Source: Candidatus Oxydemutatoraceae bacterium
GTDB taxonomy: Bacteria; Pseudomonadota; Gammaproteobacteria; Poriferisulfidales; Oxydemutatoraceae
DNA length: 64,000 nt
Direction: 5' to 3'
Assembly (NCBI GenBank): GCA_965218975.1
Contig: OZ244717.1
Location: forward strand, 448,001 to 512,000
A program made the translations under genes and the position numbers. The notes under the pieces are model-generated. The model searched no databases. It was not told where the DNA came from and saw nothing but the letters and a program-made list of their open reading frames with translations. Shown here piece by piece: positions 24,825-33,962 of the stretch; within the stretch, counting starts at the first letter, position 1, and each line of letters opens with the position of its first letter.

Positions 24825-25284
24825 GTGGTTATGGTTATCTGCCGTTATCGTTGTGCTTGATCAGTGGAGTAAAGCAGTCGCCGCCGGGCAACTGATTCTA
24901 CATCAGCCGGTTGCCGTACTGCCGCAGCTGAATTTTATGCTGGTTTACAATGCGGGCGCATCGTTCGGATTTTTAAGTTCCGCAGGCGGCTGGCAACGCT
25001 GGTTTCTTATTACACTCGCCTTGGCGGTGAGCGGGTATTTGTATATGTGGCTGAAGAAGCTGACTGCCGAAGCGGTCATCATGGCGGCGGGAATTGCTTT
25101 GATTATCGGGGGGGCGATCGGGAATGTGATTGACCGCGTGGTTTATGGCTACGTTATTGACTTTATTGATATATACTACGGTGCTTACCATTGGCCGGTC
25201 TTTAATCTTGCCGATAGCGTAATTACACTAGGCGCCGTGATGATTGTAATGACAGCATTGTTTGATAGTAGGGTGACTTCATGA
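24817..25284 (+). CDS. lspA: Lipoprotein signal peptidase
   Basis: [36 protein letters not shown]. Confidence 0.95.
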   Translation: MHKWLWLSAVIVVLDQWSKAVAAGQLILHQPVAVLPQLNFMLVYNAGASFGFLSSAGGWQRWFLITLALAVSGYLYMWLKKLTAEAVIMAAGIALIIGGAIGNVIDRVVYGYVIDFIDIYYGAYHWPVFNLADSVITLGAVMIVMTALFDSRVTS

Positions 25285-26231
25285 TGGTTATCTTGGCGAA
25301 TCCCAGAGGATTTTGCGCCGGCGTAGACCGCGCGATTGAAATTGTTGAGCGTGCGGTGGCAATATTTGGGATGCCGGTTTATGTACGCCACGAAGTTGTG
25401 CACAACAAATATGTGGTTGCGCAACTACGTGACAAAGGCGTGGTGTTTGTCAAAGAGTTAGATGAGATTCCCGACGAAGCGGTAGTCATTTTTAGCGCGC
25501 ATGGTGTCGCGCCGCAGGTGCGGCATGATGCTGAGAAACGACGCCTGCGCGTGCTGGATGCCACCTGCCCGTTAGTAACAAAAGTACATTTGGAAGTGAT
25601 TCAATACGCTCGTCAAAGACGCGAAGTGATTTTGATCGGACACGCCGGGCATCCTGAAGTCTTGGGCACGATGGGACAATACTATGACCATATAGCGACC
25701 GAAGAAGGAAGGATGCGCCTAGTTGAGTCAATTGATGATGCTCAAACGCTACAAGTAAAGGAGCCTCAGCAGCTCGCGCTGGTTACGCAAACCACGTTGT
25801 CGGTTGATGATACGCGTGAAATTATCGCCGTACTGCAAGCACGGTTTCCACAAATGGTTGTGCCGCGCAAAAAGGATATTTGTTATGCCACGCAAAACCG
25901 CCAGGATGCGGTGAAGAAATTGACTGAAACATGCGATTTAATTTTAATTGTCGGTTCTCCGAATAGCTCTAACTCAAATCGATTACGCGAAATTGCCGCG
26001 CGTGAAAAGATTGAATCGTATCTGATTGAAAATGCGAAAGCCATCTCGCCCGCTTGGCTGAAGGGCAAGCGATGCATTGGTGTTTCAGCAGGAGCGTCGG
26101 CTCCTGAAACATTGTTGCTACAGGTTGTTGATACGCTCAAAGAACAAGGCGCCGACGACATTATTGAACAGGAAGGCACGATAGAAGATGTGACTTTTTC
26201 ATTGCCGCGCGTGTTACGTGCGGTCCTGTAA
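25281..26231 (+). CDS. ispH: HMBPP reductase
   Basis: [48 protein letters not shown]. Confidence 0.96.
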   Translation: MMVILANPRGFCAGVDRAIEIVERAVAIFGMPVYVRHEVVHNKYVVAQLRDKGVVFVKELDEIPDEAVVIFSAHGVAPQVRHDAEKRRLRVLDATCPLVTKVHLEVIQYARQRREVILIGHAGHPEVLGTMGQYYDHIATEEGRMRLVESIDDAQTLQVKEPQQLALVTQTTLSVDDTREIIAVLQARFPQMVVPRKKDICYATQNRQDAVKKLTETCDLILIVGSPNSSNSNRLREIAAREKIESYLIENAKAISPAWLKGKRCIGVSAGASAPETLLLQVVDTLKEQGADDIIEQEGTIEDVTFSLPRVLRAVL

Positions 26232-26440
26232 AAAAGTAATTGCGGCGATTTAATTTGGGGCTCATTTTCCCTCTGCTTGTATCGTTTCTGTTCTCATGCG
26301 AGTAAAGTAACGGAAGAACGAGAGATAATCAATCTTAAAAATCCGCTATAGCTATATATCGGTCACGCACAGAGATTTTCTTACAATATCGGAGATAGTG
26401 TATAATCTGTCGAGGATTTAACTGAGAAGAGAGAAATGCA

Positions 26441-27475
26441 ATGCCGCCAAAAATAGGAGGAGCGTCCCCTCCGGTACCTTTACCGGATTCACAATCAAGG
26501 GCTTCTCAGCATCAAACATCCGAGGTAACCGGCAGTCTTGGAGGTTTAAAAGTGAAAGTCGGAACAAACGATACCGGGTCGGGAGTTCCTAGCACTCACC
26601 TACTGCAGGGGTCTACGCACGGAGGATTGGGAAACGCGACCCTCGGCGCGGAACAATTTATTAATCGCCCCTCTGGCAACATCCGCCAAGGGGATACACG
26701 TAAGGCCGGTCGTTTGGCGCGTGTCGGGAGATTTTTATCTTGGATGAAACGAGGAATGGTGAAACACTTTTTTAAGCAGCGAAATAATGTGGCACAGCAT
26801 ACGCCGCAAGCAGGAAGCTTGTCTGCACCTACTCCGGCGGATATGACTGTGTTGTTTGCGCAAAGCGCACGCCAAGGAATTGATGCCACCAAGAATATTT
26901 TGAATCAACAGGTGGTAGGTGAGCAACACGATACCGCAGCGGTGCTAAATTTGTTGGTTGGCGGAGACGGAGGCTTGCGCCGTGCGATGACGGCATTGTT
27001 AAATATTTGCAAACATTTGAAACCGGAGCAATCTCCACCGGAATCTTTACCGGGAACTCCTGAACAGTGGCGGGCGCAGACCGAAGCAATATCGCAGATG
27101 GCGCAACAAATCGGGAGGGCCGAATTTAGTGAGAATGTGCAGGGAGAGTTTACTCAGTACGGCACTCCAAGTAACAACCCTTTCACTGCTGTCGCCGACC
27201 GCTACCCGCAACTGGATCATTCGGTACGAAATTGGCTTGCGGAAGGAGTTGACTTGCTTGATCAATTACTTACCGCTCAAGAACGGGCAGGCAAAGGCTT
27301 GCCGCCGTTAACAAGTAAAGAATTGGCTGAATTGAAAGAACAGGTTGAAAAATTTACTAATCCCGGGTTGCGTGACGGGCAAACTGAAACACCCGCCTTC
27401 ACATCGAAAATGGGAATGGACGATGCGGTTGAAAAGATCGATAAAGTTTATCAGGGTCATAAAACGCAGACGTGA
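26441..27475 (+). CDS. Hypothetical protein, candidate type III secreted effector
   Basis: S/P/T/Q/G-rich N-terminus, no signal peptide, directly upstream of a CesT-like chaperone. Confidence 0.55.
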   Translation: MPPKIGGASPPVPLPDSQSRASQHQTSEVTGSLGGLKVKVGTNDTGSGVPSTHLLQGSTHGGLGNATLGAEQFINRPSGNIRQGDTRKAGRLARVGRFLSWMKRGMVKHFFKQRNNVAQHTPQAGSLSAPTPADMTVLFAQSARQGIDATKNILNQQVVGEQHDTAAVLNLLVGGDGGLRRAMTALLNICKHLKPEQSPPESLPGTPEQWRAQTEAISQMAQQIGRAEFSENVQGEFTQYGTPSNNPFTAVADRYPQLDHSVRNWLAEGVDLLDQLLTAQERAGKGLPPLTSKELAELKEQVEKFTNPGLRDGQTETPAFTSKMGMDDAVEKIDKVYQGHKTQT

Positions 27476-27557
27476 GGAGCATCCGGTGAAACGTAGAGAT
27501 TATTAATCCGACGTAATATGTTAAAAATCAACCAAAAACTTGGGGAAAAGCGGCGCG

Positions 27558-28025
27558 ATGAGCAAATTTGAAACTCTATTGGAAGGGCTTTCTCTACAAA
27601 TAGGCATCCCTAAAGAACAGGTTTGCGGAGAGGGGCAGAGAACGGTCAATCTAATTTTTGATGAGAAAACCGGCGTGGAAATAAGCAATGATGCCGTCAA
27701 CGGAAAAATTCGCTTATCTTCCAAATTGTTTCAGGTGAATGATGAAGAGGATATGGGGGCAATCGCACTTTTGCTCACACAAGCAAATTTTGAGCAGAAA
27801 GGGCTTTACGGCGCACATCTTGCTATGAGCGAGGAAGGGCTGATTGTCTTAATGCGCCGTGTGTCTTTGCAATCGCTTAATGGCACCGCTTTCGGCGATC
27901 TGATAAAAGAGTTTGTTAATGCTGCGGCGCAGTGGTCGGATTCGGTCACGCTAATGTCTAAGCTATTGAAGTCTGATCTCAATCACACTGCCGGCGGAGA
28001 ATCGGAAGTGAGGATGAAGGTCTGA
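27558..28025 (+). CDS. CesT/Tir-family (class I) type III secretion chaperone
   Basis: About 155 aa, acidic; FETLLEGLSLQIGI, LLLTQANF, GAHLAMSEEGLIVLMRR, C-terminal helix FGDLIKEFVNAAAQW. Confidence 0.72.
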   Translation: MSKFETLLEGLSLQIGIPKEQVCGEGQRTVNLIFDEKTGVEISNDAVNGKIRLSSKLFQVNDEEDMGAIALLLTQANFEQKGLYGAHLAMSEEGLIVLMRRVSLQSLNGTAFGDLIKEFVNAAAQWSDSVTLMSKLLKSDLNHTAGGESEVRMKV

Positions 28026-28139
28026 TAGATACATGCAGTGGGTTGCATATCTTGGCAATTACATACGTAAATCGTATCTAGAGCGTTGATAATGTTGCAA
28101 TGAGATCGGAAGGCTTGGGTTCGGGCAAAAGTAAAATGG

Positions 28140-28823
28140 CCTGATTTCATCGCGTGCTAACCGCTATGTTTCCGGTCGTTTTCCTTATCTTCTCACAACT
28201 TCTCAGCACGCTTTGCATTCAGGACACGATTTCTTAACTTCGTAGGTTTTGGCTCGTAGGTGATTGAAATTACTGCCCTCATAATTCTCAGGGGCACTAC
28301 ATCACGGTGTTGTTTGCAACCCTATCGCACTCAGATTCCTCCAGGACGTAGCTTGCTCGGAAGTGGGCAACGGAGCTTCGTTCCATTTCAGGCCGACGCT
28401 ACGGTAGACCTTGTTGGCGTCTGCGCTCGCGCGGCTCGGCATCGCATACCGCTCCTATGTGTCGGTATGTACCAAGATGCTCAACTGCAAGGTGTCCAGC
28501 TCGCGCCGGGTCTGCTCCGTACTCATCGGGAAGCCCAGCGCCTTGAGCCGCTTGGCGCAGCTGCTGCGAGCAGCAGAAGGCCATGTAGCAGATCACAATG
28601 TGCGCGCGGATGCGTCGCGCCTTCCAGTGAAAGATCAGGCGGATGCGCAGGTCATGCTTGTTGGTGCGAAAGCAATGTTCTACTTCCCATAACTGGCGAT
28701 ATTGCAACAGCAACTCCTGCGGTGCCATCTCCTTCGTTGCCGTGCGCGAGGATTGCGTGCAGACCGTCCCAACGCGCCGCATTCGCCACCTTGACCGTAT
28801 CAATCTCGACCCGGCCCGGTGCA
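28140..28823 (-). mobile_element. IS1634-family transposase C-terminal remnant (left boundary approximate)
   Basis: ARWDGLHAIL, YRQLWEVEHCFRTNKHDLRIR, FHW...RIRAHIVICYMAF. Confidence 0.8.
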
Positions 28824-28900
28824 GGGTGAGACGCGTCCGGAAACCTGTCTGCGTGCACTGCACAGGCAGGACCGATCGGTTTTCCGAGCGCGTCTCACCC
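28824..28900. repeat. Two partial 98-bp-element ends in inverted orientation (77-bp foldback)
   Basis: GGGTGAGACGCGTCCGGAAACC...ACCGATCGGTTTTCCGAGCGCGTCTCACCC. Confidence 0.85.
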
Positions 28901-29359
28901 TGACAGACGGTGGTAGCGAGTTTCAAGGACAGTTTGCACAGCTCATCCGGGAGTCACCCGGAATTGAGCAGTGGCTAACTTATCCCAAGTGTCCGAAAAT
29001 GAACGCGCACATCAAGCGTTTTAACCGTACGGTCCAGGAGGATTGTGTTGATCATGCGGAAGACCTGCTATTCACCGATACGGAAGCATTCAATGACCGG
29101 TTATGAAACCGTTTTGTGTTTGTTGCCGGATTTTCGGCAAAGTGCTTATCGTCCATGGCGAGACTTGGTTCTATGAATGAACCCCGGCCCCGACGTCCTT
29201 GTCGGGTCGTTCGCCGCTGAAAACCGATCGCTTTTCCGGGCGCGTCTCACCTTGCACCGCCCTCATGCCGGCAACGGACAGAAAGCACCGATCCGAATGT
29301 TACTGCCGAACGCTTCTCCCGAAGCGCTTCAAAAATCCCATTTAGGGTGGCATCGTACA
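28901..29359 (+). mobile_element. IS481 remnant: block TDGGSEF...NDRL, 98-bp element (29155-29252), IS end
   Basis: LTDGGSEFQGQF...KMNAHIKRFNRT; ends in GGCATCGTACA at 29359. Confidence 0.88.
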
Positions 29360-29596
29360 GACCCTTGTGCGAGCTGGACAAGAAAGTTTATGATGCGACC
29401 GAACCGAAGGAGGAAACCGTTAATCCATGAAACCCGAACCGACGTGTGTCAACTAATCTTTATAATTCCCCACCGATTGGTCGGGTAACCATTTTCGTTA
29501 TAATATAAAAGGTTTCTTAATCAATTCCCTGTTTGTCGCATTTGCACCTTCCGCTGGAGTGCATATTCATTTCGACAGGGCAACCCGGCATATGCT

Positions 29597-30502
29597 ATGA
29601 ATGTCAATATACATCCGTTACTGCACGGCAAATATTCGTCCGGAACATATACGGTTGTTTCCGGTTTGCAGGGAACGAATAAACTGATTGAATGGATCAA
29701 GCGGGGAGAATTTCGGAATTTTGAGCGAGGCCAATTTATTATTTCAAATAAAGGTCATCGTTCTTCTAATGTAAAGGTTGTTTATGCTTTTTTTCTGCCG
29801 CACTATCCGGCCAAGTTGGTAATGAAAAGAAAAATTGTTAAGAGGATTAGGAGAATTAGAACATTGTATAACTATTTGTCGGGGAACCCTGCCCGCAGAG
29901 CATTTTTCGCCTCTTGCCTGTTTTTTGATAGAGGTATTTCAGTGCCGCGTCCTTTGGCATATTGGACTTTTCGGCATGGCTGGAAGAAAGGGTTTATCAC
30001 GGGCAATTATTTTTTATACGAATACCAGCACGGCGAGACAATTGGCAGCATCATAAAATGTTTAAGGCGATGCGGAAGAAAAGAAGATATCCATCAATGG
30101 CATTGCAAAATTTTTTCTTTTATCAAACTGGTCCATCTTGCCGGTCTTCGTCACGGTGACATGCATGGCGGTAATTTTATCGTCAGCGCTCCGCAGCAAA
30201 CCGGATGTTTTCCTGATATAAAACTTGCATCAATGTGTTTAATTGATATGGATTATGCCAAACGATCCAAACGTTGGCATACTCTAGTACCTGCAGTGAA
30301 AATATTTTTTGATTTCAAAGACTTAGCAAAAAATTTTACTACAGAGTATGACAAGGTTGTTTCACTGTTGCGAGTCTATTTTGGCAGAGAGCCGACCGAT
30401 TATGACCTATGGTTACTGAGATTCTGGGAAAGCGGCGGCATACGTATTCGGAAAAGATTAAGGTGGCGGATTATGAAGTGGCGCAAACATGGCGGAGATT
30501 AG
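29597..30502 (+). CDS. LPS/Kdo-kinase-like (WaaP/InaA-type) protein, copy 1
   Basis: LVMKR, GISVPRPLAY, LRHGDMHGGNF, LIDMD. Confidence 0.72.
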   Translation: MNVNIHPLLHGKYSSGTYTVVSGLQGTNKLIEWIKRGEFRNFERGQFIISNKGHRSSNVKVVYAFFLPHYPAKLVMKRKIVKRIRRIRTLYNYLSGNPARRAFFASCLFFDRGISVPRPLAYWTFRHGWKKGFITGNYFLYEYQHGETIGSIIKCLRRCGRKEDIHQWHCKIFSFIKLVHLAGLRHGDMHGGNFIVSAPQQTGCFPDIKLASMCLIDMDYAKRSKRWHTLVPAVKIFFDFKDLAKNFTTEYDKVVSLLRVYFGREPTDYDLWLLRFWESGGIRIRKRLRWRIMKWRKHGGD

Positions 30503-30546
30503 CCGCGTAGCATGCCAGACTTTTTCGAGGCAACCCGGCATATGCT

Positions 30547-31473
30547 ATGAATGTCAATATACATCCGTTACTGCACGGCAAATATTCGTCCGGAACATAT
30601 ACGGTCGTTTCCGGCTTGCAAGAAAAGAATAAACTGATTGAATGGATCAAGCGGGGAGAATTTCGCGAATTTGAGCAAGATCAATTTAAGATTTCGTTCC
30701 TGTATAGTCCTCATAATACCATTTATGCTTTTTTTCTTCCGTATCATCCGACTAAGTTGGTAATGAAAAGAAACATAGTTAATCCTCGTTCTCTTTTGCT
30801 TAGGAGGATTCAAGTATGGTTTAATTGTTTGCTGGGGACATATGCACGCAGGGCATTTGTTGGTTCTTATCTGTTACACAACAAAGGAATTTCAACGCCG
30901 CGTCCTTTGGCATATTGGACTTTTCGGCATGGCTGGAAGAAATGGTTTATCACGGGCAATTATTTTTTATACGAATATCAAAACGGTGAGAAAATTGAGG
31001 AGATCAGGAGGCGAGCCGCTCAAGATGATCAATATCAATATATCAATCAATTGTATTGCAAAATGTTCGCTTTTATCAAACAGATTCATATTGCCGGTCT
31101 TCGCCACGGTGACCCGCATGCCGGCAATTTTCTCGTCAGCGTTCCGCAAGGAACCGAAAGCTTGCCTGATATCAAACTTGCGTCGCTGTGTTTACTTGAT
31201 AACGATAAAGCCGAACGAGCTAAACGTTGGCATATTCGAGTACCTGCGGTGAAACATTTTTTTGATTTTGACGACTTGGCGAGAGCGATTCCGAAGAAAT
31301 ATACTGCGATTGTTTCACCGTTACGAGTCTATCTCGGCAGAGAGCCAACCGGTTATGACCTATGGTTACTGAGATTCTGGGAAAGCGGCGGCATACGTAT
31401 TCGGAAAAGATTAAGGTGGCGGATTATGGAGTGGTACAAACAAAGAAAGAAGCGCAAGCATGGCAGAGATTGA
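30547..31473 (+). CDS. LPS/Kdo-kinase-like protein, copy 2 (tandem paralog)
   Basis: Same N- and C-termini as copy 1; LRHGDPHAGNF, LLDND. Confidence 0.72.
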   Translation: MNVNIHPLLHGKYSSGTYTVVSGLQEKNKLIEWIKRGEFREFEQDQFKISFLYSPHNTIYAFFLPYHPTKLVMKRNIVNPRSLLLRRIQVWFNCLLGTYARRAFVGSYLLHNKGISTPRPLAYWTFRHGWKKWFITGNYFLYEYQNGEKIEEIRRRAAQDDQYQYINQLYCKMFAFIKQIHIAGLRHGDPHAGNFLVSVPQGTESLPDIKLASLCLLDNDKAERAKRWHIRVPAVKHFFDFDDLARAIPKKYTAIVSPLRVYLGREPTGYDLWLLRFWESGGIRIRKRLRWRIMEWYKQRKKRKHGRD

Positions 31474-31776
31474 CCGCGTAGTATGCCGAAGCATGCCGGA
31501 CCTTCTCTTCATAAAAGGAAAAGGAATCTTTGTTATAGCGTTCTTGCTCCGATCAAGCAGGCGGAGAGGTTTCGCTTCCGGGTTTGCGCACGAACAGAGG
31601 AAATAGAAAGCGGATTAAGGCGATTTGGAACGAATTGATTGCGGATATGCACAGAACGCTTAAACGCGGGTTGTTCGGTGAGTAAGATTGTTGTGTATAG
31701 TGTTAGATACGTTATGGGGCAAATACCTGGAATCTTAGGAAGTTAAGCGCTATTTGACAGATGTTCATCTTCTGAA

Positions 31777-32189
31777 ATGACTAATAAAAAAAACAGGCAT
31801 TGCCGTCGTTCCCGAATTGCGCAGAAGACATTTCGTCGTATTACACGCTATTTTGCCCCGGATTTCTCAGCTTCCGATGCCGACTCGCTTGACCGGAATC
31901 AGTATACACTCTATTAACACGATGTGTATTAAAATTCGCCAACGTGTCACAGAAGAATGCGTACAACTTCCGTGTCTTGTCGGTCGGCTTGAGGTAGATG
32001 AATCGTACTTTGACCCTAAGCGTATTCGGGGCAAACGAGGACGCGGAGCAGGTAGTAAAATAATCGTGTTCGGAGTGTTATAAACGTAACGGCCGGGGCT
32101 ATACGGAAATTGTGCCTGATATTCGTAAACGTACGTTGCAAACAGTGATTCGGGGGAAAGTGAGTTTGGAAAGAATCATTCATTCTGAC
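31777..32189 (+). pseudogene. IS1595-family transposase remnant, truncated by IS481
   Basis: EVDESYF...RGKRGRGAG.KIIVFGVL, IIHSD; frameshifts and stops. Confidence 0.8.
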
Positions 32190-32912
32190 TGTACGATGCC
32201 ACCCTAAAAGGGATTTTTGAAGAGATTCTGGGGAAACGTTCGGCAGTAACATTCGGATCGGTGCTTTCTGTCCGTTGCCGGGTGAGACGCGCCCGGAAAA
32301 CCGAGCGGTTTTCAGCGGCGAACGACCCGACAAGGACGTCGGGGCTGGTGCTCATTAACAGAACCAAGTCTCGTCATGGATGACAAACACTTTGCCGAAC
32401 ATTCGCCAGCAAATACAAAATGGTTTCATCAACTCAAAGATTTTACTGCTGCCGAGATTCGAATGAGCTTGGCGCAGGGTGAGACGCGCCCGGGAAACCG
32501 ATCGGTTTTCAGCAGCGAACGACCCGACAAGGACGTCGGGGCTGGTGATCATTGACAGAACCAAGTCTCGTTATGGACGACAGGCACTTTGCTGACAATC
32601 CGCCGACGCCTTTTGCGCGGCGCTTTGGTGCGGTCATGCAATGCACTGAGTCCAATGCGGCGATAACGTCGGCGCCAGCGGTACAAAAAGTACTGCAACC
32701 GACTTTGAATGCGTTCGGGAGTTACATCCCTCCCAAAATGAGGGCGGCATATTTCTGTTGAAGCTTGAGTGCTCATGAGCCTCCATTTTTGAAGCAAAAT
32801 TGGCTCATCTAGAAACCTTTGATGCGGTGTTGTAGCCGATTTGTGCTGATATTGCATATCGGCCACCTTTTTATTGACGTCCAAGAATCCGGTATGTGTC
32901 CGGACACGTACA
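32190..32912 (-). mobile_element. IS481 derivative with two 98-bp elements (32280-32377, 32477-32574)
   Basis: TGTACGATGCC at 32190, ...ACGTACA at 32912; blocks LYRWRRRY...KAPRKRRRR and LRQAHSNLGSSKIFELMKPFC. Confidence 0.86.
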
Positions 32913-32925
32913 GAGCAAAAACGGC

Positions 32926-33240
32926 TTATTTAATTACTACTTCGCTGCTGCCGGAATTATCCTGATTATCCACCCAAGACAGTTTAACAGTGTCGCCTGC
33001 CGCGGCGCCCGTGAAAGTGAAGGAGACAAAAGGGTTTTGTGAAACACCGGTTCCCCAATAAGCATCAAATACCAACTTGCCTTTGTGCTCAGCCGACACA
33101 CGCCGAATAAAATGCGCCGGGATTATATTGCCGCTGTCGTCTTTGCGCCGTCCGGTTTCCATCGGGTGGCTAATCAGCGCTTTAATGGTGGTTTCCCCAT
33201 CTTTCAACTTTGCCCGCATTCGAATATTTTTGTTTGCCAT
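32926..33240 (-). CDS. soxZ: Sulfur-oxidation carrier SoxZ
   Basis: ISHPMETGRRKD, IPAHFI, GVSQNPF, WVDN. Confidence 0.93.
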   Translation of the reverse strand: MANKNIRMRAKLKDGETTIKALISHPMETGRRKDDSGNIIPAHFIRRVSAEHKGKLVFDAYWGTGVSQNPFVSFTFTGAAAGDTVKLSWVDNQDNSGSSEVVIK

Positions 33241-33260
33241 CGCTTCCGCTCAATTATTGC

Positions 33261-33704
33261 TTAACCGCAACCTCCCGCGGTAACCTGCACTTTACGGCGA
33301 GCACTGTAAAATTTACCATCCGCCTTGACTAAAGCAATGATGTCGGAAGTTTCACGGACTTTCACATTGACTGCAACTTCAGGCTTGTTATACTCGGTGA
33401 ACATAAATCGCGATGTCAAAGGGACAGGATTTTTTTCGACCAGAATGTTAATCATGTCAACTTTATCAAGGCTTGTTTTGACTCCGACACGTACCTGGCC
33501 GCCATTTTCGGCCACTCGCGGCACTTCAAGCTCCACATCAGATTCACTAATGCCGGCGCCGCCGGTAATGTCGGCAATGGTTTTATCCAGCTCGGTTATT
33601 GAAAAAATCGCCTTCGGCCAATCGGCGTAAGCTGGCAGCGAGAAAAAACTGACAGCCGCCCAACCGACAACGCGGCTTAAAAAATTTCTGCGACACGGAT
33701 TCAT
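33261..33704 (-). CDS. soxY: Sulfur-oxidation carrier SoxY
   Basis: Tat motif RRNFL, AENG, KNPVP, C-terminal VTAGGCG. Confidence 0.94.
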   Translation of the reverse strand: MNPCRRNFLSRVVGWAAVSFFSLPAYADWPKAIFSITELDKTIADITGGAGISESDVELEVPRVAENGGQVRVGVKTSLDKVDMINILVEKNPVPLTSRFMFTEYNKPEVAVNVKVRETSDIIALVKADGKFYSARRKVQVTAGGCG

Positions 33705-33799
33705 TGTTTTTCCAACCTCCGGCTTCCGCAATGTTTGAGTGTATCAATGAATTGTACTATGTTAGCATCATTATTTAATCATTCAAAGGTTTTGGCAAA

Positions 33800-33958
33800 A
33801 TGTTTTGTGAAAATAATCATAGCCGATTGTATCCGGCAATGATGCTTATTGCGTTGCTTAGCGCCGCTTGCGGCAATCGGGGGGATCTTTATTTGCCGGA
33901 TGAACAGAATCGTAAAGTTACCGAATCCGGCATATCACAGTCACAAGCGGCAGAATAG
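33800..33958 (+). CDS. lptM: LptM/YifL-like small lipoprotein (not in ORF track)
   Basis: Manual translation ...LLSAA-CGNRGDLYLP (lipobox plus CGxxGxLYLP), upstream of lysA. Confidence 0.8.
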   Translation: MFCENNHSRLYPAMMLIALLSAACGNRGDLYLPDEQNRKVTESGISQSQAAE

Positions 33959-33962
33959 CACG

